Under the pieces are notes generated by a model. That model searched no databases and was not told the DNA's origin. It saw nothing but the letters and a program-made list of their open reading frames with translations. DNA of 20,020 nucleotides from Candidatus Woesearchaeota archaeon (lineage in GTDB: Archaea; Nanobdellota; Nanobdellia; Nanobdellales; CAZNIQ01). This document shows, one piece after another, positions 14,074-20,020 of this stretch. The translations under genes and the position numbers were made by a program. Location: NCBI GenBank assembly GCA_964573185.1, contig CAZNIQ010000001.1:18799-38818 (forward strand), given 5' to 3'. Each line of letters starts with the position of its first letter. Position 1 is the stretch's first letter.

Positions 14074-15273
14074 ATGATAGATATATTTATTGGAATTTTT
14101 CTTGGAGTTCTTTTTGGCACTCTTACAGGATTGCTACCTTCTTTACACCCTAATAATCTAATAGCAATTCTTCTTTCCTTTCTTCCATTTTTCTTAAATA
14201 TTTTTACTTTAAATCAATTAATAGCCTTCATAGTTTCTTTATCAATTACACATTCATTTACTTCTTTTTTAGCTTCAGTTCTTTTTGGAATACCTGAAGA
14301 AGAAACCTCGTTATCTGTTTTACCTTCGCATAAATTAACTCTTGAAGGAAAAGCCTATGAAGCAGTGTTCTTAACAGTTTTTGGTGGTTTAATATCTTCA
14401 ATTTTTGCTCTAATTTTTCTCCCAATTCTATTAAATATATTTCCTTTACTATATAAATATTCGTTAAGAATATTACCTTTTATTTTAATTTTAGTTTTAT
14501 CCCATTTAATTTTAATTCAAAAGGATAAATTAAAAGCATTATTAGTGGTAATTTTTGCAGGTTTATTAGGTTATTTTACATTAAACCTTTATTTTTTAAA
14601 ATCAACTGAAAAATTAACATCTCTGTTTACAGGTTTATTTGGTCTATCTACAATAATTGTTTCTTTAACACAAAAAGCTTCTTTACCAAAACAAACTTTT
14701 GAAATAAAAATAAAAGACTTGTATTTAAAAGAGAGCTTTATAGGTTTCTTAGCATCCATCCTAATTATTTTGTTTCCTTCTTTGAGTCCCTCGCAATCTA
14801 TTATAATTTTGCAAAGTATCTTCAAAATAAATGATCCTAGAGCATTTTTAGTTTCCTTAGGAGGTTTGACTACTGTAGATTCAATAGCATCATTCTTATC
14901 TTTATATTCTTTAGGAAATCCGAGATCTGGAGCTTCTGTTGCGATAGAATATCTTTTAGGAAAAATAGATTACAATACTTTTCTTTTGATTTTAGGTATA
15001 ATTTTGTTTACAATTCCTCTAGCAAGTTATATAACTTTATTTTTAGCTAAACTTCTATTGCAAAGAATTCAAAAGGCAAATTACTTCAAATTAAATTTAT
15101 TTTTAGTTGTTTTAACAATTTTAATGATTACTTTAACTTCAAATTCTTTCTGCTTGATCGTTCTTCTGGCTTCCACTTCATTGGGAATTTTAGCGCATCT
15201 TTGGGGTGTAAATAAGAGCTTATTAGTATCTGTTCTAATGGTACCGACACTAATTTCCTTTTTAAATTTCTAA
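14074..15273 (+). CDS. polytopic membrane protein, TctA/DUF112-like
   Basis: About 10-11 predicted TM helices. N-terminal GIFLGVLFGTLTGLLPSLHP and mid-protein FIGFLASILIILFPSLSPS resemble the duplicated G..G...G.LPG.G motif of TctA-family permeases. Assignment is by pattern only. Confidence 0.5.
   Translation: MIDIFIGIFLGVLFGTLTGLLPSLHPNNLIAILLSFLPFFLNIFTLNQLIAFIVSLSITHSFTSFLASVLFGIPEEETSLSVLPSHKLTLEGKAYEAVFLTVFGGLISSIFALIFLPILLNIFPLLYKYSLRILPFILILVLSHLILIQKDKLKALLVVIFAGLLGYFTLNLYFLKSTEKLTSLFTGLFGLSTIIVSLTQKASLPKQTFEIKIKDLYLKESFIGFLASILIILFPSLSPSQSIIILQSIFKINDPRAFLVSLGGLTTVDSIASFLSLYSLGNPRSGASVAIEYLLGKIDYNTFLLILGIILFTIPLASYITLFLAKLLLQRIQKANYFKLNLFLVVLTILMITLTSNSFCLIVLLASTSLGILAHLWGVNKSLLVSVLMVPTLISFLNF
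15260..15267 (+). promoter_or_regulatory. TATA-like box TTTTAAAT inside the 3' coding end of the TctA-like gene
   Basis: Ends 19 nt before gatE ATG 15287. Confidence 0.35.
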
Positions 15274-15286
15274 GGTTAGAAATAGT

Positions 15287-17236
15287 ATGCCAAAAGTTGG
15301 TTTAGAAATACATCAACAATTAGATACTAAAGAAAAATTATTTTGTTCTTGTCCAACTATCCTTTCAGATAAAGTTTTAAAAAGAATAATTAGAAGATTG
15401 AGAGCTGTTGCGGGGGAAACTGGAGAAATAGATATAGCTGCAGAATATGAAACAATAAAAGGTAAAAAAATAATTTACGAATATGATGATTCCTATGCTT
15501 GTTTAGTTGAACTAGATGAAGAACCACCTCATTTAATTAATGAAGAAGCTTTAAAGGTTGCTTTAACTTTAGCAGAGTTCTTTGGAATGTATGTACCACC
15601 TGTTTTACAAGTTATGAGAAAAATAGTTGTGGATGGTTCAAATACTTCCGGATTTCAAAGAACATTATTAGTAGGTTTAAATGGAAAAATAAAAGTAAAA
15701 GATAAAGAAATTCCGATTTTAACTTTATGTTTAGAAGAGGATTCTGCAAGGAAAATTGAAGAAGGCGAAGATTATATTGTTTATAGATTAGATAGATTGG
15801 GAATACCATTAATAGAAGTAGCTACAGGAACATTTGATCCTAAATTAACAAAAGATGTAGCAGAGTATATTGGATTGGTTTTAAGGTTAACTGGTAAAGT
15901 AAAAAGGGGTTTAGGTACTATAAGACAAGATTTAAATGTTTCTATTGAAGGGGGTGAAAAGATAGAGATAAAAGGAGCACAAGATTTGAAATTACTAAAT
16001 AAAATTGTTGAATTAGAAATACTAAGACAGAAAAAAATCTTGGAATGGCAAAGGAAAGTCAAGGAAAGAGGAATAGAAAAGGTAAACTATGAAATTAAAG
16101 AAATAACTGATTTATTCAAGAATACCAAGAGTAAAATAATTAAGAAAATATTGGATAAAGGGGGAATAGTTTTAGGAATAAAACTTGAAAAGATGAAAGG
16201 ATTAATAGGTTTTGAAATAAATCCTAATAGAAGAATTGGAACTGAACTTGCGGATGTTGCTAAAAGATTTGGGCTAGGTGGTATATTTCATTCTGATGAA
16301 TTACCAAAATATGGTATTACGGAAGAAGATGTAAAGAGAATAAAAGAAAGATTAGGATGTAAAGAGGAGGATGCTTTTATTTTAATTGCTGGACCAAAAG
16401 AAAAAGTTTATGTTATCGCTGAAGAAATCATTAAAAGATTAAATGAAATGATTAAGAAAATTCCGAAAGATACTAGGAAAGTTAATGGGGATGGAACGAC
16501 ATCTTTTTTAAGACCCCAACCTGGATCTGCAAGGATGTATCCTGAGACAGACTTACCGTTAATTTATGTTAAAAGAGAGATAGAAGATAAAGGAAACTAT
16601 CTAAAAATAATTTATAAAGTAAAGCAAGCTCATAAAGAATTTAAATTAAAATTAATTAAATTAAAAGAAAAGGATTTGAATTTACTAAGAGACATAAGAG
16701 AAAAAGAAGATTATGATTTTGTATTGGATTTACTAGATCCTGAATTTAGAAAAGAAATACTAAAATCCTATGGATTGTCTGAAAAATTAATAGAAGATAT
16801 TTTGTGGTCGGATAAGCTAGAACTATTTGAAAAATTAATAGAAAAATATAATGTTAAACCTACGCTTGTTGCTTACATCTTATTCCAAGTTCACGGAGAG
16901 GTTAAGAAAAAGTTCAACATAGATTCACGTAATGTTCACGAACAGGTATATAAAGATGTCATAAGACTGTTATCTGAAGGTAGGATAGTTAAGGATGCTA
17001 TACCAAAGATACTAGCATATGTTGTTAAAGAAAATCTTTCCGTTGAAGAAGTAATAAATAAATACAATCTTTGGAAGCTTTCAGATGAAGAATTAGAGAA
17101 AAAAGTAAAAGAATTATTAGAAAAATACAAGGATTTAGAGAAAAAGAAGAAAATATATAAGATTTTAGAAGAATTAAGGGAAAGAGCTGATGCGAGGAAA
17201 ATAATAGAGTTAATAAATAAACATGATAGAAGTTAA
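15287..17236 (+). CDS. gatE: Glu-tRNA(Gln) amidotransferase subunit E
   Basis: N-terminal VGLEIHQQLDTKEKLFCSCP, the AspRS-like insertion domain and the C-terminal YqeY-like helical tail match archaeal GatE. Length 649 aa. Confidence 0.9.
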   Translation: MPKVGLEIHQQLDTKEKLFCSCPTILSDKVLKRIIRRLRAVAGETGEIDIAAEYETIKGKKIIYEYDDSYACLVELDEEPPHLINEEALKVALTLAEFFGMYVPPVLQVMRKIVVDGSNTSGFQRTLLVGLNGKIKVKDKEIPILTLCLEEDSARKIEEGEDYIVYRLDRLGIPLIEVATGTFDPKLTKDVAEYIGLVLRLTGKVKRGLGTIRQDLNVSIEGGEKIEIKGAQDLKLLNKIVELEILRQKKILEWQRKVKERGIEKVNYEIKEITDLFKNTKSKIIKKILDKGGIVLGIKLEKMKGLIGFEINPNRRIGTELADVAKRFGLGGIFHSDELPKYGITEEDVKRIKERLGCKEEDAFILIAGPKEKVYVIAEEIIKRLNEMIKKIPKDTRKVNGDGTTSFLRPQPGSARMYPETDLPLIYVKREIEDKGNYLKIIYKVKQAHKEFKLKLIKLKEKDLNLLRDIREKEDYDFVLDLLDPEFRKEILKSYGLSEKLIEDILWSDKLELFEKLIEKYNVKPTLVAYILFQVHGEVKKKFNIDSRNVHEQVYKDVIRLLSEGRIVKDAIPKILAYVVKENLSVEEVINKYNLWKLSDEELEKKVKELLEKYKDLEKKKKIYKILEELRERADARKIIELINKHDRS

Positions 17237-17972
17237 AACTATTGATGAGCTTCCTTTTTTAGAAAATAAATTAGGCAAACTTGGAAGAAGAATTGTTCTT
17301 AAAAATATAAATAAATTTATTAAAGGAAAGATAAAAGTGATTAGAATTCCTTTGGATAATGCTTTTTTAACTTTTTATTTTGAAGATAAGGACATTCTTA
17401 TTATCGCTCCAAAGTACATTGCAAAAGAGGTTCAAAAGCTGTTAGAAAAGGAGGAGAATTATTCTTTATTTCTAATTTTATCTTACATTGTTGAGAAATA
17501 TTATCAAAAGTTAAATGAAATTAACAAAAAAGTATCTATTTTAAGGAATAAACTCCTTTCAGAAGAGTTGATAAGCTTAAATAAAGTTTTAGAATTGATA
17601 AGAGATCTGGAAGATTTAGAAGATAAAGTTCAAATCTTAAGAAATACGTATAAGTTAATTATTTCAGAACCGTCTTATGCTTTAATAATAGAAGATGAAA
17701 TTTTTCATTTACTAGATGAAATTGAGGAAACATATAATAAAATAACCTTTCTTATTCAAATGCAATCGGAGATCTTGCAAAAGAAATTGGATATAAAGAT
17801 GGAGAGGTTGACAAAAGTTTCTATGGTATTTTTGCCAGCAACACTCATAGCAGGTATCTATGGTATGAATTTTACAAAAGTTCTCCCAGAATGGCAAAAT
17901 CCTTATGGATTTCTAATTGCATTAACATTAATATTTCTTTCTTCTTTATTAACATACTTATGGCTAAGATAG
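17223..17972 (+). CDS. corA: short CorA-family Mg2+/Co2+ transporter
   Basis: The YGMNF (GMN) signature lies at the end of the first of two C-terminal TM helices, preceded by coiled-coil funnel helices. At 249 aa it is shorter than typical CorA. It overlaps gatE by 14 nt. Confidence 0.82.
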   Translation: MIEVKTIDELPFLENKLGKLGRRIVLKNINKFIKGKIKVIRIPLDNAFLTFYFEDKDILIIAPKYIAKEVQKLLEKEENYSLFLILSYIVEKYYQKLNEINKKVSILRNKLLSEELISLNKVLELIRDLEDLEDKVQILRNTYKLIISEPSYALIIEDEIFHLLDEIEETYNKITFLIQMQSEILQKKLDIKMERLTKVSMVFLPATLIAGIYGMNFTKVLPEWQNPYGFLIALTLIFLSSLLTYLWLR

Positions 17973-18532
17973 ATCAGGAATACATAGATAAATTGAAAGC
18001 AAAGTTTCAAGAGCTAGATAATGCTAGAGATGAGATTATAAATACAAGTATAAAAGTTACGAGGCTTTCTAAGCAAGTAATTTATTCTGTAATTAGAGAT
18101 GATTTTGAATCTGCTGAAAAATACATTAAAGAAATGAAAGAATTGGTTGAAAAGTTAAAGGAAATGATTAAAAAGTATCCTATGTATTTGAATAATGCTG
18201 TTGGAATACAAGAATATGCCGAAGCAATGATTTTATATTACTATTTAAAAGAAAATAGAATACCAACTCACGAAGAGTTAGGAGTAGATGAAATATCTTA
18301 CGTCAATGGTTTAATGGATTTCTGTGGAGAACTTTTAAGGAAATCTACAGAGGAAATGATTAAAGGAAATATTGATTTTGCTTTGAAAGCTAAAGAAACG
18401 ATTGAAGAAATTTATTTGAAAATGCTTTACATGGAATTCAAGAACTACGAGCTTAGAAGGAAAGTAGATTATGTATCAAATGTTTTAAACAAACTGTTAG
18501 AATTTATCTTTTATAAAACTCTAAGAAAGTAA
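17960..18532 (+). CDS. translin/TRAX (C3PO-like) family protein
   Basis: Start moved to ATG 17960 (MAKIDQEY...). IQEYAEAMILYYYL ... YVNGLMDFCGELLRKS matches the translin signatures (EEy.EA..f ... Y..Gl.D.tGEl.R). The upstream 23 codons of the track ORF lie inside corA TM-coding sequence. Confidence 0.72.
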   Translation: MAKIDQEYIDKLKAKFQELDNARDEIINTSIKVTRLSKQVIYSVIRDDFESAEKYIKEMKELVEKLKEMIKKYPMYLNNAVGIQEYAEAMILYYYLKENRIPTHEELGVDEISYVNGLMDFCGELLRKSTEEMIKGNIDFALKAKETIEEIYLKMLYMEFKNYELRRKVDYVSNVLNKLLEFIFYKTLRK

Positions 18533-19228
18533 TTTCCTAATCCTCTCTTCAACATTTATTTTTTCAGCATTTATTATCTTAATAATATCTCTTTCCTTTA
18601 CTCCTCTAAAATAATATACTTTACCTAATTCAAGGTTTTCTGCAATGGCTTTAATAACGTTCCCTTTCAAATTAAATATATAATAGTAATTTTCTTCCTC
18701 TTTTAAAGGTATTCCAGTAAATTCTATTATTTCCTTTTCGGGCCTTTCGATAGATAATAACAATTCTTTTATTTTCTCGTTCTTTTCTTCTTGTATGTTA
18801 TTCGGATTAAATATATGCAACTCCAAACCCCTTTTACCTTCCTTTACTTTATCTATTTTTAATCTTAATATAGATCCTTCTCCAAATTCCTTTATTTTTT
18901 CTTTAGCATCCTTCCAGAAAAATGCATAAGCAGTTCCAGTTTCATCAAAAACTTTATAACAAATAACAAAATCCTTTTCAAATATTTTCTTATATAATTT
19001 AACCGTAACATAAATATTCCTCATTCCGGAAGTTAACATAGATATTGTAAATCTTTTACCTAAAATTAAATCAGTGATGTCCAATCCATATTCCTTTGCA
19101 ACTAAAGCCAGCGCTCCTTCTTCTGTTATTAAACCTTCAAATTCCTTTATTTTTTCCTCTACTTTCTTCTTTAATTCCTCCTCAGAAATTCCTAATTTCT
19201 TTGATAAAAATTTGTAAAGGAATTGCAA
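18521..19228 (-). CDS. RPA-like single-stranded DNA-binding (OB-fold) protein
   Basis: The N-terminal helical module LGISEEELKKKVEEKIKEFEGLITEEGALALVAKEYGLDI resembles the start of euryarchaeal RPA41-type proteins. The OB-fold has the DETG signature (VFDETGTAYAFFWKDAKEKIKEFGEGSILRL). The only available start is TTG 19228. Confidence 0.6.
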   Translation of the reverse strand: MQFLYKFLSKKLGISEEELKKKVEEKIKEFEGLITEEGALALVAKEYGLDITDLILGKRFTISMLTSGMRNIYVTVKLYKKIFEKDFVICYKVFDETGTAYAFFWKDAKEKIKEFGEGSILRLKIDKVKEGKRGLELHIFNPNNIQEEKNEKIKELLLSIERPEKEIIEFTGIPLKEEENYYYIFNLKGNVIKAIAENLELGKVYYFRGVKERDIIKIINAEKINVEERIRKLLS

Positions 19229-19242
19229 ACTTTATGTTAAAT

Positions 19243-19740
19243 TTAGATAAGTTTAAGATTGCCTCTGCTGCTTCTGGGTCCACTACCTCCTCCCTTTTCG
19301 GAAGTTTGACTTATTATACATTTATGACTTTCTTCAGAAGAACAGATACAACTTAAATTAGCTTTTATTATGTTAAATAATCCTATTCGTATAGGAACTA
19401 TACATTCATATACATCATAACAATGATAGGTTTTTCCTCCAAAGGTTTTTCTTAACATACAGTACTCTAAAGAAGAAGATCTTGCTTCTAAGTCATTTTC
19501 CAAGTTATCAGTACGTACAACACCTTGATCAATCCAACTTTGTATAGTTTCCCTAGCATTCTGGCAAGCTTGAATACACATTTGCTTAAAAGTTTCATAC
19601 TCTTGCTTGTACGCCTGCTCTCCCATGGTTTTTCCAGCTTTTCCAAAAGCTCCCATAAAAACTCCTGCAACGACTACTAAAACTAATATAACTAAAGCTG
19701 CAAGAACTATTGTAGATAAGGGTAAACCCTGGTTTCTCAT
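19243..19740 (-). CDS. Cys-rich protein with class III (prepilin-like) signal peptide
   Basis: MRNQG|LPLSTIVLAALVILVLVVVAG, then GVFMGAFGKAGKTMG, which is paralogous to the GFFYSIYGKTFKTTKG segment of ORF 8925..9179. Eight Cys. Gly/Ser/Arg-rich C-terminal tail. The ATGA overlaps the upstream ORF. Confidence 0.45.
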   Translation of the reverse strand: MRNQGLPLSTIVLAALVILVLVVVAGVFMGAFGKAGKTMGEQAYKQEYETFKQMCIQACQNARETIQSWIDQGVVRTDNLENDLEARSSSLEYCMLRKTFGGKTYHCYDVYECIVPIRIGLFNIIKANLSCICSSEESHKCIISQTSEKGGGSGPRSSRGNLKLI

Positions 19741-19955
19741 ATGTACTTATATATTTCTTCTTCCTCTTTAAACTTATCTATATAGAACTCCTTGGTTAAA
19801 AATACTCTCTGTTTATCATAATCTATGAATAGCTTAAACCTTCTGTATTGCCTTCCAATGAACATCGGCACTTCTAAAATATTATTTCTTAAAATTATTT
19901 TATCTTCCTTCACTTTATTCAGCTTTCTGTCAAAGAAATCTATCAAAATTTCCAT
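19737..19955 (-). CDS. hypothetical small protein
   Basis: 72-aa ORF preceded by GGAGG (19963-19967 on the minus strand), with 7 nt between it and the ATG. Translationally coupled to the downstream pilin-like gene. No motif recognised. Confidence 0.45.
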   Translation of the reverse strand: MEILIDFFDRKLNKVKEDKIILRNNILEVPMFIGRQYRRFKLFIDYDKQRVFLTKEFYIDKFKEEEEIYKYI

Positions 19956-19962
19956 AAAAATT

Positions 19963-19967
19963 CCTCC
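19963..19967 (-). promoter_or_regulatory. Shine-Dalgarno-like GGAGG
   Basis: GGAGG with a 7-nt spacer to ATG 19955. This is one of the few leadered starts in the window. Confidence 0.3.
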
Positions 19968-20020
19968 ATTATCATTATCTATCTTTAAGTTAACTTTTCT
20001 TTAATCTACCAATATATAAT

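Noticed and set aside
13063-15273. Integrated element at the tRNA-Leu 3' end
   Set aside because: I saw no direct repeat of the GC-rich tRNA 3' segment downstream, where it would stand out in AT-rich DNA. There is no integrase and no compositional shift.
14074-15273. The 399-aa membrane protein as a ComEC-like DNA channel, suggested by the preceding TM plus OB-fold gene
   Set aside because: I cannot find the conserved His/Asp-containing competence-domain motifs. The duplicated G..G...G.LP motif fits TctA/DUF112 better. The idea is kept only as a remote alternative in the finding text.
17224-17232. 9-nt complementarity between the AT-rich D guide of the C/D sRNA (2184-2195) and the corA start region (TGATAGAAG)
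   Set aside because: A 9-mer match is expected by chance in 40 kb of AT-rich double-stranded sequence. It is shorter than the roughly 10-12 bp normally used by C/D guides.
15287-17236. gatE without an adjacent gatD as a sign of a broken pathway
   Set aside because: gatD and gatE are frequently unlinked in archaeal genomes. Nothing in this window argues for loss.
17891-17959. N-terminal extensions given by the track for the translin-like ORF (17891), the 227-aa ORF (13747) and cca (TTG 2209)
   Set aside because: The extensions overlap neighbouring genes or promoters, add non-conserved residues (hydrophobic only in the translin-like case), and break the 20-nt TATA-to-start spacing satisfied by the internal ATGs at 13696 and 2227.
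3599-19670. Other antisense or alternative-frame track ORFs: 3599..3799, 7825..8022, 7998..8207, 10269..10499, 10509..10697, 12296..12568, 14589..14825, 15612..15809, 15781..16062, 16936..17130, 17712..17897, 19096..19356, 19488..19670
   Set aside because: Each lies wholly within a well-supported gene on the opposite strand or in another frame. They have the Phe/Leu/Ser/Ile-rich composition typical of antisense reading of Lys/Glu-rich AT-rich genes, and none has a start-codon-phased TATA-like box.
1-20020. CRISPR arrays, IS elements, tandem repeats, defence or toxin-antitoxin modules
   Set aside because: I saw no regularly spaced direct repeats, inverted terminal repeats, transposase, integrase or nuclease signatures. 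The only short repeat of note is the 9-mer pair in the C/D-like element, reported separately.

Overview
This is a strongly AT-rich, extremely gene-dense archaeal chromosome segment. Gene content is archaeal: class I CCA-adding enzyme, GatE, RpoP, L37Ae, prefoldin beta, Pcc1, archaeal-type AdkA, TmcA/Nat10-like, SepF. The only GC-rich islands are structured RNAs, which is the usual signature of a (hyper)thermophile. The compaction (ATGA start/stop overlaps, convergent genes overlapping at their 3' ends, 34-37 nt divergent spacers) suggests a reduced genome, DPANN/Nanoarchaeota-like or similar, but I cannot confirm this without a database search. I support about 29 CDS, mostly information processing and RNA modification. 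I also support one tRNA-Leu(UAG) and three guide-RNA loci absent from the ORF track: a canonical box C/D sRNA (2146-2204), a box H/ACA sRNA with a textbook K-turn (705-776), and a weaker atypical C/D-like element (12888-12942). One 46-codon gene (rpoP, 5335-5475) is also missing from the track. I found no CRISPR array, transposase, integrase or recognisable defence or toxin genes. The observations most worth a second look are: (1) the two guide RNAs bracketing an m5C RNA methyltransferase gene inside a larger RNA-modification neighbourhood; (2) TATA-like octamers sitting about 20 nt before many start codons, some inside upstream coding sequence, implying leaderless transcripts; (3) two paralogous Cys-rich prepilin-like proteins, one apparently co-transcribed with an RPA-like OB-fold protein; (4) an uncharacterised membrane module (anchored secreted protein, TM-anchored OB-fold, TctA/DUF112-like permease) next to the tRNA. 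All functional calls rest on motif recognition by eye; no homology search was possible.
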